The notes below the pieces were generated by a model. It was not told where the DNA came from. It did not search any database and worked only from the letters and a program-made list of their open reading frames with translations. Shown here in pieces: positions 9,238 to 18,578 of a stretch of 40,168 bases of DNA; position 1 is the first letter of the stretch; every line of letters starts with the position of its first letter. The position numbers and the translations under genes are program-made. The DNA is from a virus. Taxonomy: Duplodnaviria; Caudoviricetes. The stretch covers positions 1 to 40,168 of IMG/VR virus record IMGVR_UViG_3300010052_000158; one strand, written 5' to 3'.

Positions 9238-10800
9238 ACTTCGGCCCATCATATGGGCGAAGGTCGCATTCTGCTCAGCTCGCGTGATGCCGTAGGTGAT
9301 CTTGCGGCCCATCGCGTCCTTGTCCGGTCTGCCGTAGTATTCATTCCTTGCTCGGCTTGCGAACTCTTCGGCGCTCTCGCGCTTCCGGTTCTTCCACTTC
9401 TCGGCCACGTCCTTATCGGCTGCGATGTCGATGGGTTCATTCGCGCCGAACTTATCGGCGAGCCACTCGTTGTAACCCATCTTGTCAAGAAGCATCGTCG
9501 TGAGGCCATAAGCAGCCACTCCAACGGCACCAGCGGCCAAGACCGCGCCGACTGTTGATGCAATCGCCGCGATAGCCACCCCGCCGCCAGCACTGGCCGC
9601 GCCAGCCGCCGCGGTACCCGCCGCGCTGGCCGCGCCAGGAGCGAACCCGGCCAAGAGGGTGTGAAGGGCCTTAATCGCCGTCATGGCTCCCTGCAGGGAC
9701 TTGAACACGCCGACGACACCTTTGCCGATGGTCCAGATATCCTTCAACACGCCCGCGACGAGGCTGAACGCCTTCATGGCTACGATGGCCTTTCCGATCG
9801 TGAGAAGTAGGTCCTTGTTCTCTGCCACCCACTTCGCGGTGCTGATGCCTGCGCTGATCAGCTGCTTGACGAACTGTGCAACGGATTTCGGGTCGAGAGA
9901 CTTCGTGATCTCGCGAAGGTAGAGAGCAACATCCCTTACCGCCGGCGCGAGTTGCTCGCCGAGAGGCTCCAGGAACGTCACCCGAAAGTCAGACAGTGCC
10001 GCTTGCCATGAGCTCGTGGCCTCGCTTCGCTTCTCGGCCATCGCCTTTTGGGCTTCCGGACGATCTGCAAACTGGCGAAGGGCTACAACGATCTCATCGA
10101 ACGTGATCGGGTCCTTCTGCGACCCGATTCGGTCACCGAGCCCAGCGTCCTTCAAGATTCGGATGAGCTGGACGCCGTTCTCTTGGATCGCACGCAGTTC
10201 GTCGCCCTGCAACTTTCCTTGAGAAGCAATCTGGGTGAACTGAGTGAATGCGCGCCCAGCTCCTGCGGGATCTGCGCCCGATGTAGTCGCAAGCGCGGTG
10301 AACGCTTCGAGAATTGGAAGGATGTCGTTGGCCTTCATGCCCGTACCGGCAAGCCCTGCGACTCCCTGCCTCGTCGTGTCCACGTCCAGGCCATTGCTTA
10401 CGGCGAACTTGTCAGCCTGCCGCGCAAGCCGAGCGCCATCCGCTTCACCAAGATTGAACTTCAAAACACGCTCGAAGCCCTTCTTGCTGTCGAACATCTG
10501 CACGACCTTGAGCACACCTGCGAAGCCAGCGGCCACCGACGCGGCAGCCACTGCAGAGCCACGAAGCGCACTCGTCACACCGCCCCAGGTGCTCTGAATT
10601 CGGCCCGCTGCGGACGAGTAAGCCCGCTGGACATCCTGGACGGACGTCTTCAACTGAGCCATCGCCTTCTGAGCGTCGCTCGAGCCCTTCCTGGCGGCAG
10701 GCCCCATGTCCTTGAGCTTCTGCTCCAAGTCGCGGAGCACCTTCATGGACTCGTGCACGCCATCGATGGCGACACGCAGGGCAACAGCATCAACGCTCAT
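9229..10800 (-). CDS. Tape measure protein
   Basis: QIASQGKLQGDELRAIQE tape-measure motif; Ala-rich helical; hydrophobic C-terminal segments; follows chaperone. Confidence 0.9.
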   Translation of the reverse strand: MSVDAVALRVAIDGVHESMKVLRDLEQKLKDMGPAARKGSSDAQKAMAQLKTSVQDVQRAYSSAAGRIQSTWGGVTSALRGSAVAAASVAAGFAGVLKVVQMFDSKKGFERVLKFNLGEADGARLARQADKFAVSNGLDVDTTRQGVAGLAGTGMKANDILPILEAFTALATTSGADPAGAGRAFTQFTQIASQGKLQGDELRAIQENGVQLIRILKDAGLGDRIGSQKDPITFDEIVVALRQFADRPEAQKAMAEKRSEATSSWQAALSDFRVTFLEPLGEQLAPAVRDVALYLREITKSLDPKSVAQFVKQLISAGISTAKWVAENKDLLLTIGKAIVAMKAFSLVAGVLKDIWTIGKGVVGVFKSLQGAMTAIKALHTLLAGFAPGAASAAGTAAAGAASAGGGVAIAAIASTVGAVLAAGAVGVAAYGLTTMLLDKMGYNEWLADKFGANEPIDIAADKDVAEKWKNRKRESAEEFASRARNEYYGRPDKDAMGRKITYGITRAEQNATFAHMMGRSLR

Positions 10801-11009
10801 AGTTTCGCTCCGAGTGCAATCAAGATCGCCTTCACAGAATCGACACGCGCCGCCTCCTCATCCTCTTCGCGGAGGGCTTGCAGGTCAGCGGTTAGTAGAA
10901 GTTCATCAGCCGTCCAGCCCTCTCTGAGGAGCACGGTGGACGGTTTGCCGGTAGCCCCGACGAGACAGCGCTCTAACCAGAGGCGTCCGCCGAGGCGGTT
11001 GAGTTTCCC
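10797..11009 (-). CDS. -1 frameshift extension of tail assembly chaperone (lambda gpGT-like)
   Basis: Slippery G GGA AAC at 11009-11003; -1 frame open 70 codons, TGA overlaps tape-measure ATG. Confidence 0.8.
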   Translation of the reverse strand, partial: GKLNRLGGRLWLERCLVGATGKPSTVLLREGWTADELLLTADLQALREEDEEAARVDSVKAILIALGAKL

Positions 11010-11398
11010 GCGGTGAGGCTCGCAGGGTCGAGCAGCCCGCTCACGCGCATGGCTGCGGCAAGCAGAGCGAGATAGAAGAGGCTATCCGTGCGGCACATGG
11101 CAGCGCAGAAGATCTCGTCGAGAGGCTTGCCCTTCGTATCGTATGCCAGCATCGACATGAGCTTGCACTCCTTGTACTCGGAGCCCGTCACGCCGCCATC
11201 GATGCCGTAGAGCGACTTCAGCTTCTTCGAGAGCGCCTTAGCCCCCGCTTCTGCTTCTTCCTCTCCGATCAGCCACGCTTCGCGAACGAAACGGGCGTCT
11301 GAGCGACCCCGCACCAAGACGGAGGTGCCATCGACAGTCACCGTCTCTTCGCGCAGACCGCTCTCGACGCGGTTCTTGAGTCTTTCCCTGATATCCAT
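10973..11398 (-). CDS. Tail assembly chaperone (gpG-like)
   Basis: Between tail tube and tape measure; slippery site near 3' end. Confidence 0.8.
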   Translation of the reverse strand: MDIRERLKNRVESGLREETVTVDGTSVLVRGRSDARFVREAWLIGEEEAEAGAKALSKKLKSLYGIDGGVTGSEYKECKLMSMLAYDTKGKPLDEIFCAAMCRTDSLFYLALLAAAMRVSGLLDPASLTAGNSTASADASG

Positions 11399-12252
11399 TA
11401 GGCAAAGTTGAGAGTCGGCGCTACGCCGTAGGGCTTGATCGTGAACCGAACCGTGTTCTTGTCCGGCCTGAACGTCAGTTCGATCGTTGCGACAATGCCC
11501 GTCACGTCCACGTCTAGCGCGGTTGTCGTCACGTCATTCAGCAGCTTCGCGCGTACGATCTCGTTGGCGAGAAGCAGCGAGATCAGCGAGTTCGCATCGT
11601 CCGCAGTGATCGTTGGAGCCGCGCCGTAGGGCTTGATGTTCCAGCCGAGATCCTCGTTGCCGCCATAGTTGGTCGACCACTCCTCCACGATGCCATGTCC
11701 GTCGATCTCGATCTCTTGACCGGATGGCGCGTGGACGAGGTTGAACCCTACCAGCGCATTGTTGACCAGCAGGTTCTCGGCGTTCGTGGAGCCGGTCGTG
11801 CTCTTCTTCTTCTTGAGCGCGAGATTCCACGGCTTCTTGTCGAGCCGGTACTTGGGCCACTGGCTCTGCCTCGGGTTCTTGTTCGTCAGCGTGTTCGTCT
11901 GGGTGAAGACCACTTCGTCGAACTTCAGCGTCGTCAGCGCAGTGCCTGCCGTGTAGGCAAGATCGTCCGCGCCGCCAGGGTAGAGCGTAACCGCAAGATC
12001 TCGAAGGAACGAACCGCAGTCGAGCGAAGTCTCGAAGGTGACTTCGAAGTCGTTGCCCGTCTTGCGGTGATGCTCTTGCTCCGACTGGCCCTCGCTCGTG
12101 TCCATGAGCTCGCTTCGAACCATGAAGGTCGCAAGGTCGATGAGGAAATCGTCGACGGTCGGCGTGGTCGCCGAGTAAGCGCCATCATCGGCGCCGCCCG
12201 GGATCAGGTCAAACCGATGATCGGTGAGGAGTACTGGGGTGTTAGATGCCAT
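11398..12252 (-). CDS. Major tail (tube) protein with internal duplication
   Basis: Position after tail terminator and before chaperone; PGGADD x2 and IKPYG x2. Confidence 0.7.
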   Translation of the reverse strand: MASNTPVLLTDHRFDLIPGGADDGAYSATTPTVDDFLIDLATFMVRSELMDTSEGQSEQEHHRKTGNDFEVTFETSLDCGSFLRDLAVTLYPGGADDLAYTAGTALTTLKFDEVVFTQTNTLTNKNPRQSQWPKYRLDKKPWNLALKKKKSTTGSTNAENLLVNNALVGFNLVHAPSGQEIEIDGHGIVEEWSTNYGGNEDLGWNIKPYGAAPTITADDANSLISLLLANEIVRAKLLNDVTTTALDVDVTGIVATIELTFRPDKNTVRFTIKPYGVAPTLNFA

Positions 12253-12268
12253 GATGATGCTCCGTAGC

Positions 12269-12712
12269 TCAGCAATCCGGCCGAATGATCAGCCGGTAAA
12301 AACCACCTGAGTGGCGAACCTCTTGAGGCGTGTCGTAGTAGGCCATCTGATGAGGCCTCAGCCTGATGCAGTCGATGCGCCAGATGACCGGATCCTGGAC
12401 CGTGCCATAGTTCACCGTCTCGCGCTTGTCATGAATAGCTTCGTCGATCGCCGCTGCGATCTGGTGCGGGATGTCGAACGACTCGCCGTCACGGATGCCC
12501 TCGACGAGGTACTCCATGTACGTCGCCCCGCGCTCTGACTGGCCGATGTTGATGTCCGAGGCCGAGGGTACGAACTGGAAGAGCACGAAAGGCGAAACTC
12601 GGCCCTTGGGTGCCATCCCGCTGTAGATTCGGCTGTCCACAAGATCGGTCAGCGGCTCGTAGGCGTTCAGCGTCTCCTGGAGCCATCGCTCGGCAACGTA
12701 GGTCTCGATCAT
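12269..12712 (-). CDS. Tail terminator/completion protein (DUF3168-like)
   Basis: LVDSRIYSGMAP...PFVLF motif and position. Confidence 0.75.
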   Translation of the reverse strand: MIETYVAERWLQETLNAYEPLTDLVDSRIYSGMAPKGRVSPFVLFQFVPSASDINIGQSERGATYMEYLVEGIRDGESFDIPHQIAAAIDEAIHDKRETVNYGTVQDPVIWRIDCIRLRPHQMAYYDTPQEVRHSGGFYRLIIRPDC

Positions 12713-13134
12713 GTCGTTCCTCGCAATGCGCTCCGCACTTCGTTCACAAACCAGTCGCGGTTGCGCGCTCCGCTCTGCGTGACGTAGAACCGCCCTGGAC
12801 GCCCACCGGCTCCGAGTTCCTGATAGATGCCGTACTCGACACCAACCACGACGTAAGCCTCGAACGGCGATTGAGGCAGATCGGTGAACCGCGCCTCTTT
12901 CGCCTCTGGATTGAGCGCCCGCATCTGAGCCACTGCGCCCGGCTTGGCGTTCCGCTTGTGGGTGACGGTAAAGATGCTCGCACGTAGCGCGCCTGTGTCC
13001 ACCGGAGCCATGGCCTGAGCGTCCGCCTGGATCTTGAATGCGGCTTTCGTTACCGCGGCTTCAAGCCGTTCCTGGATGCTCTGCTCGAGGTCCCGCAGCG
13101 CCTTGACGTTGACCTCGGCCGTAATCTTGATCAT
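12709..13134 (-). CDS. HK97 gp10-family neck protein
   Basis: APVDTGALRASI and EYGIYQELG motifs. Confidence 0.85.
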   Translation of the reverse strand: MIKITAEVNVKALRDLEQSIQERLEAAVTKAAFKIQADAQAMAPVDTGALRASIFTVTHKRNAKPGAVAQMRALNPEAKEARFTDLPQSPFEAYVVVGVEYGIYQELGAGGRPGRFYVTQSGARNRDWFVNEVRSALRGTT

Positions 13135-13175
13135 GCTTTGAGAAGGAGCTCACGGCCCCTGAAAATCTAGTCGTT

Positions 13176-13361
13176 TCACCCGTGGCCAGCCGCGTGGTAT
13201 TCGCGTCGCCGGCGTCCTCGCCTGCGCTGCTCTTGCTGGTCGGTCAGGTGCCACTTCCGGCACCATGGACACTTGAAGGGAAACCGGCCCGGCCTGCTGA
13301 AAACCTCAGCGGTCATTCGGTCGTCGTATTGGATCTTGCCGGTCTCGGGGCACTTCGTCAC
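13176..13361 (-). CDS. Small zinc-finger-like protein
   Basis: CPETGKIQY...FKCPWCRKWHLT; GTGA-coupled start. Confidence 0.6.
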   Translation of the reverse strand: MTKCPETGKIQYDDRMTAEVFSRPGRFPFKCPWCRKWHLTDQQEQRRRGRRRREYHAAGHG

Positions 13362-13711
13362 GTCGCGTTTCCGAGATAGGCGATACCGGTGAGCGCCCAG
13401 CTTCGATCCTTGCTGACGAATACCACCTGGTAGGTGATGTCGCCAAAGATGATCTCGTCCCCGCTCTCGACGTCGGCGTCAAACGGGAAGTCGAGCCGCC
13501 TCTCGATCACCAGCTGGTGAGCATTCGCCCGCTCTCGGTCTCGGCCAGTGGGCTCTGCGATTCTGCCGGGCATTGAGGCGGTCGTCCCTTCCGAGACCGT
13601 GGTGCCGCCGATTCCGTCAGCCTGGCGCGCTGGCCGGTGAACGGTGACGACGTCAGGGAACGCGCTCTCGCACGTCTCCTGCATGGCAGCGATCTCGGAA
13701 GGTGTCAGCAT
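13358..13711 (-). CDS. Head-tail adaptor/head closure protein
   Basis: DGIGG and DVESGDEIIFGDITYQVVFV motifs; position. Confidence 0.75.
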   Translation of the reverse strand: MLTPSEIAAMQETCESAFPDVVTVHRPARQADGIGGTTVSEGTTASMPGRIAEPTGRDRERANAHQLVIERRLDFPFDADVESGDEIIFGDITYQVVFVSKDRSWALTGIAYLGNAT

Positions 13712-13714
13712 GGC

Positions 13715-14272
13715 TTACTCGGGGAACTCAGCTGCGAGGATTGCTTCGATCACGTCGGCTTTCCTCGTGCCGATAGCCGCGAAGGTCTTCCCTTGGGTGG
13801 CAGCGATCTTGATCAGTTCGCCAACCTTCATCGGTTGCAGTTCGGCATTGCGGACGTCCTTCGGAGTGTCCGGAGTGCCGCCATCCTGCTTCTCGGCCAG
13901 CTTCTGCATGGTCTCACCTGCGCTGCCGTTGTCGATGGTCTCAGTGACCGCCTTGCCTAGCGCCCGCGTCGAGCGGATCCCATCGAGCCAGTTGGCCTTG
14001 TTCCAGCCGGGAAGGCCTTCAACGCCCTCCGCCTTTGCGATCTCCTTGAGCTGGGCCACGGTGAGACCATCGAGGCCGTCGCCTTCGGGTTCGGTATGTT
14101 CGACCGGCGCAAGTGGATCAGGAACTCGGCTCCACCGCGATGAACGATCCAGGATCGCGATTCGCGTCGTCTCAGAGTCGGGCACGTGGAGCAGTGGCCG
14201 TTTCGATTCGAAGTTGTGTTTGTAGGTGACCGCAAAGCATGCCGCGATCACCAAGAAGAGAGTGAGAATCAA
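13715..14272 (-). CDS. Protein with two Rho-N/HeH-like repeats and hydrophobic N-terminus
   Basis: LDGLTVAQLKEIAK..KANWLDGI and LQPMKVGELIKIAA..KADVIEAI. Confidence 0.65.
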   Translation of the reverse strand: MILTLFLVIAACFAVTYKHNFESKRPLLHVPDSETTRIAILDRSSRWSRVPDPLAPVEHTEPEGDGLDGLTVAQLKEIAKAEGVEGLPGWNKANWLDGIRSTRALGKAVTETIDNGSAGETMQKLAEKQDGGTPDTPKDVRNAELQPMKVGELIKIAATQGKTFAAIGTRKADVIEAILAAEFPE

Positions 14273-14706
14273 TCGTCTACCTCCGGTAGGTTTGCGATCC
14301 AGCCGAGGTTGCTGCCACGATCCGTCTTGGACTCCCCAGCCATCTTGATGCTGGTTGGAGCCCGTTTCGAACGGTAGTAGCGAACCTGAGCCATCGCCTG
14401 CTTGTGCTTCTGGCTTCGGTCGAATCGTTGGTCGTTGGTCGAGAAGTCGAAATCGCCGACGTAGCCCGCCGCGATCTCCTCCCAGATGTCCGCCGCCGCC
14501 GCATTCAGGTCATAGGTGGGCACCCAGTTGTCGTTCTCGGAGCGACTTGGCGGCGTCGATGACTCATCCCATGTGTACGGCTCAGTGCCAAACGCATCGG
14601 GAAGCGGATACCGCTCGATCACCTCGCCGATCTGCTCATCGGTGCGAGATCCCGCGCCGCCGCAGTAGGCTCGAACGCGATCGATTTGAGTCTCAGACGC
14701 CGCCAT
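14269..14706 (-). CDS. Head-tail connector/adaptor
   Basis: YDLNAAAADIWEE..FDFSTNDQRFDRSQ; GAGGA SD; position. Confidence 0.7.
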   Translation of the reverse strand: MAASETQIDRVRAYCGGAGSRTDEQIGEVIERYPLPDAFGTEPYTWDESSTPPSRSENDNWVPTYDLNAAAADIWEEIAAGYVGDFDFSTNDQRFDRSQKHKQAMAQVRYYRSKRAPTSIKMAGESKTDRGSNLGWIANLPEVDD

Positions 14707-14716
14707 AGTCCTCTCC

Positions 14717-15130
14717 TTACGGGGTCACGTCGACCAGATCGAGGAGCACGAAGCCCACGAGACCAGTCACGTCTCCCGACGCCTCTGCGAGGGTCAGGAA
14801 GTTATCGGCATCCCAGAACAAGCCGATCTTGCCGTTGGTGCCGTTGTCAGTGTCGTTCTGGTTGTCGAATACGCCAGCCGTAGCGACCGACTTGCCGTCG
14901 ATCAGCTCGTCGTTGCTGGTGCCGATCGCCGAAGCGACGCCCATATCGACCGTAGCCGCGCCAGTGGACGGCGTGGTGACAACCAGGAGCGCCCGCTTGA
15001 TGTAGCAGTCGACGCCGAGAGGGTTGGGGCACGAAGCGATAACGCCCGAGCCGTCGCCCTCAGTGAAGTCAAAGCGAAACATGCCGTGCTGCTTCTCGAG
15101 AGCAGCCGGCTGAGTTGCATTCGTAGGCAT
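14717..15130 (-). CDS. Putative capsid decoration/cement protein
   Basis: AGGAGG SD; beta-rich 137 aa, two genes after capsid. Confidence 0.55.
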   Translation of the reverse strand: MPTNATQPAALEKQHGMFRFDFTEGDGSGVIASCPNPLGVDCYIKRALLVVTTPSTGAATVDMGVASAIGTSNDELIDGKSVATAGVFDNQNDTDNGTNGKIGLFWDADNFLTLAEASGDVTGLVGFVLLDLVDVTP

Positions 15131-15159
15131 TGCGACCTCCTATGGGTGCAAGGGTCAGC

Positions 15160-15182
15160 GGGCCGCCCAAAGCGAGCGGCCC
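15160..15182 (-). other. Intergenic GC-rich hairpin without U tract
   Basis: GGGCCGCUC-GCUUU-GGGCGGCCC; may stabilise or attenuate capsid mRNA. Confidence 0.5.
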
Positions 15183-15191
15183 AGGACTAGG

Positions 15192-15770
15192 CTAGACAGC
15201 GGTCCAAGTGCCGGTGTAGCCGTAAACGCTCCAGGTGCCCGCCTTGGTGCAGATGATGTGAACCGTCTCACCATCGGCGTCGGCAACGATGTAAGCGCCC
15301 GCGGCACTCGCGACGCCCGTAGAAGGCAGCGCGATCACTTCGGTCCCGTTGGGATCGATCCGCAACTGTTGCGCCGCGCCGACCCGGAAGATGTACTCCT
15401 GGCCGACCGTAGCAGCGGGGAGCGCGAATGTCACGGTTCCGGATGCGCCCACCGTGGTGAACACCTTGCCGGAGTCGGTAGCCGCCACGACGGTGTAATC
15501 CGCCGTCTTGGCCTCGACAACCTTCGTCGCTCCCGCGAAGCCGCGGGCCGAATCGAGCACGACCGCCTTGGAGGCAGTGGCCGCGCCTGCGGTGAGTCCA
15601 TCCGTGCGCCCGAGCTCGGTCTCCGAGAGCGTGGTGCTCCCGATAACGAGACTCGAGTTCGCAGGAATGGTGACATTGCCCCGACTGACGATCCCCCGGT
15701 TCTGGTAGCCAAAACCGAAGAGCGCCGTCAGGGCAACAATCCCGAGAAAGAGCTTGAAGTTCTTCATCAC
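15192..15770 (-). CDS. Putative head fibre/decoration protein with signal-peptide-like N-terminus
   Basis: AAGGAGGAG SD; KTADYTV..DSGKVF..TFALPAA..G repeat domain. Confidence 0.55.
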   Translation of the reverse strand: MMKNFKLFLGIVALTALFGFGYQNRGIVSRGNVTIPANSSLVIGSTTLSETELGRTDGLTAGAATASKAVVLDSARGFAGATKVVEAKTADYTVVAATDSGKVFTTVGASGTVTFALPAATVGQEYIFRVGAAQQLRIDPNGTEVIALPSTGVASAAGAYIVADADGETVHIICTKAGTWSVYGYTGTWTAV

Positions 15771-15776
15771 TCCTCC

Positions 15777-16754
15777 TTAGGGCACCAGCACCGCGAACGG
15801 GAAGCGGGTCGCTTCGTCCGTGTTGATCCGCTTGACCGGGTTCGGCACGTTCCAACCCATTCGGAGCACGGCGCGGAGTGCGACCATGTCCTGCTGGAAC
15901 AGGTTGTAGATGATGTTGCCGGCCACGTCCGTGATGACCGCCTGATTGGAGATCGTGTACGTGATGTCTTGGCGCATCGCGTAAACGAGCTTTCGCCAGT
16001 CGCCGACGAAGTCGAGCGCATCCGTGGGAAGGACGCTTCCGTTGTCAAGGAACTCGATCGGAGCGCCGTCGAGCTCGTAGCGGCTCGCCGTCTGCATGTT
16101 CTGCCCGTTGTTCATCGAGCGCATGAAGATCGGTTGACCCGTACCGTCGCGGAGTGCCCGCAGCTTGGCCCGCATCGACATGGCCGCAATGTGGCCCGTC
16201 GCCATGAAGCCATCGTCCTCGATCTTGGCCAGAACGCCAGAGGTTCCCATGACCGCGTCGTAGAGATCGCCGCCGGCACCCTCGATGCTCGAGAGGTCCA
16301 CACTGTGCGAAGCCGCCGTGCAAGCAGTGAGCAGGTCGTCAGGCCACTCGCTGGGCGCGTCGCCATCGCCGTTCGTGAGGATCGAAGTGTCGATCTTCGC
16401 GGCAAAGGCTTCAGCGATCAGCGGCTGAACTTCGCCCCAAACGTCGTAGTCAGCGTCGTCAAGCACCGCTTCAGCAATCGGGACGATAACCGCGATTTCC
16501 TCAGCGACGATGAACTTGTTCTGCCATTCGACGTTGCTGGTCTGCTTGAGCCCGGTGTCGCCGTTCACGAAGTACGTGTAGGGCAACGTGCTCAGAATCG
16601 GCATCTTGCGTTGCTTGCTGCTCATGTTGGGCAGCTTGGTTGCCATCGCAAGCACCTTCGACTGAGTCGGGATATCCTTGATGATCTCGCGACTCACTTC
16701 TTCCGGAATCAACGCGTCGGCGTCGGTTCGGGAGATAACGTTGTTGTAAGGCAT
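15777..16754 (-). CDS. Major capsid protein (HK97 fold)
   Basis: ALIPEEVSREII, EIAVIVPI, LFQQDMVALRAVLRMG motifs; follows scaffold. Confidence 0.92.
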   Translation of the reverse strand: MPYNNVISRTDADALIPEEVSREIIKDIPTQSKVLAMATKLPNMSSKQRKMPILSTLPYTYFVNGDTGLKQTSNVEWQNKFIVAEEIAVIVPIAEAVLDDADYDVWGEVQPLIAEAFAAKIDTSILTNGDGDAPSEWPDDLLTACTAASHSVDLSSIEGAGGDLYDAVMGTSGVLAKIEDDGFMATGHIAAMSMRAKLRALRDGTGQPIFMRSMNNGQNMQTASRYELDGAPIEFLDNGSVLPTDALDFVGDWRKLVYAMRQDITYTISNQAVITDVAGNIIYNLFQQDMVALRAVLRMGWNVPNPVKRINTDEATRFPFAVLVP

Positions 16755-16784
16755 GGTTGTTTAAGGGCCTCCTAGCCCGGCGGC

Positions 16785-17423
16785 CTAGACCTTGAAGCCG
16801 GCCGCTTTGCGAATTGCGTCGTTGATCTGCTGGTTCGGATTGTTCGAACCGCCGCCCGCTCCGCCATTGGAGCCAGCGCCGCCGTTCGTCCGAGTCTCTG
16901 CATTCGGCGCGGGTGCTGCAAACAGCTCGGGGAAAGCCGCCTTGACGGCCTCGATGTCGGGAGTGTTGTCGCGCTTGAAGTACGTGTCGCGATCGAGCTG
17001 AGCAGCCGCCCAGGCGAGCTTGATGTTGCGGCATCCCGCCGCGCTTGCCGCTTCGTAGAACGCAGTCTGCATGCCGCCATCGCGGATGCTGTTCTGCATC
17101 GACTCGAGCTGCTTCTCAAGCTCCGAACCCTTCTCAGCCTTTGCTCTCAGTTCGCCGATCTGCTTCTCGAGCGCCTTTCGCTGGTCACGCTCTGCATTGA
17201 GCGCGTTCTTGAGTCCAGACGAAGAGTTCTCGATGTGAGCAGTCAGCGCTGTTCGCGTCGTCTCGTCAAGCTTTGCAGCGAAGTCGTCGAACTTCCAGTC
17301 GCTTCCCGCGCCCTGGCCGCCACCGGCTCCACCGTCACTGCTACCCGTTCCCGTGCCTCCTCCGGCCCCGCCGGCTCCCCCGGCTCCACCATCGGACATG
17401 AACATGCGTCGAATGTCTTTCAT
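16785..17423 (-). CDS. Capsid scaffolding protein
   Basis: Gly-rich N-terminus, coiled coil LKNALNAERDQRKALEK, FPELF, C-terminal INDAIR. Confidence 0.85.
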   Translation of the reverse strand: MKDIRRMFMSDGGAGGAGGAGGGTGTGSSDGGAGGGQGAGSDWKFDDFAAKLDETTRTALTAHIENSSSGLKNALNAERDQRKALEKQIGELRAKAEKGSELEKQLESMQNSIRDGGMQTAFYEAASAAGCRNIKLAWAAAQLDRDTYFKRDNTPDIEAVKAAFPELFAAPAPNAETRTNGGAGSNGGAGGGSNNPNQQINDAIRKAAGFKV

Positions 17424-17561
17424 AGGTCTCCTTGCATCTCGCTTGGATGGGCGTCACGCCCGTTGTTTGTCCGGCCCGTCTCGGACCGAAAATCGGTGTA
17501 GAGGCGCAATCGTCGAACTCGTCACCCTCGTAGGGCCAGTCGAGATAAGCGCCGGTCTCCT

Positions 17562-18578
17562 TCAAGCGGCTCTGCGCAATCGGTCGAGGTCGAGCAGAGT
17601 CGCTTCTCGGATCCCTGGACCCCACTCTGGATGATCCGTGCGGATGACCAGGTCGTCGAGTTGCAGTCGCCCCGATCGGTAAAGGTCAAACTTCGAAGGC
17701 CCGAGAATCTGCATCTGCTCCGCCTCTGGAAGCCTCGAGAACAAGAGCGCGCCTCGGTCGAGCCCGTGAGGTAGGCCGATCACGATCGGCGCGGGTGTGC
17801 ACCTGCAATTCACGTGTGATGCGAACGGCTCGCTGAGCGGATGCTCGGTGCCGTGCATGGCCCAACAGACGGGGCACGTCCGCACTGACCTCGTAGCCAT
17901 CCACACCCAGCCCTCGATGACGTTGCTGTTCGCGCGGTAATTCTCGATGCTCGCTGACCGATATGACCGAAGCTGTTCCGTCCTCGCGATCGTCGTCGCC
18001 CGGTTGGGGCCGACGTTCTCGACCGAGCGAGCGATGTTCCGCCCGACCTCGCGCGGGCCTTTGCCGATCGCCACGCCCTGGATCAGCTCACGCTCGATCG
18101 CGCTTGCGGACTCCGGCCCCATCTTTGAGAAGAGCCGGGAGAGCGGAGAGCCATCTGAGAACGTGCCGACGAGCTGCTCGAGAGCCTCGCTGTTCGCTCT
18201 CCGGAACGTCGTCTGGATCGTCGGAGCCGTCACGCCTGGCCGCGGGAGTGCAACGTATCGCCTCGACGACTGAATCGCCATCTCTACGGCTTCGATCTTC
18301 TCGGCGCCCACAAGCGCGCCCGCATAGTCCGCGAACCCTTGCACATGCTGAGCGGACTGGATCAGTAGATCCTCAAGCCGCCCTTTTCGCCAGAGCCACG
18401 ACTCGGTAACCGTTTCGCCTGCCGCGATCGCCGCTTCGATGCGCATGAGCAAGGCGTCGAGCTCGAACTCGATGCGACCGTAAGCGATTGCCCACGCCCT
18501 GAGGAGTTCGGTGATCGCCGCGCGTTCTCGCTCGCGCAACCGGCGGCTGAACTCCGCTGCGATCTGCTGAATGCTCAT
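17562..18578 (-). CDS. Minor head protein (SPP1 gp7/MuF-like)
   Basis: RATTIARTE, RTCPVC, HVNCRC motifs. Confidence 0.9.
   Translation of the reverse strand: MSIQQIAAEFSRRLRERERAAITELLRAWAIAYGRIEFELDALLMRIEAAIAAGETVTESWLWRKGRLEDLLIQSAQHVQGFADYAGALVGAEKIEAVEMAIQSSRRYVALPRPGVTAPTIQTTFRRANSEALEQLVGTFSDGSPLSRLFSKMGPESASAIERELIQGVAIGKGPREVGRNIARSVENVGPNRATTIARTEQLRSYRSASIENYRANSNVIEGWVWMATRSVRTCPVCWAMHGTEHPLSEPFASHVNCRCTPAPIVIGLPHGLDRGALLFSRLPEAEQMQILGPSKFDLYRSGRLQLDDLVIRTDHPEWGPGIREATLLDLDRLRRAA

Noticed and set aside
15258-16775. 505-aa plus-strand ORF, and similar ones at 19442..20740, 10048..11016, 7621..8358
   Set aside because: Antisense shadows of well-supported minus-strand genes in GC-rich DNA; no motifs
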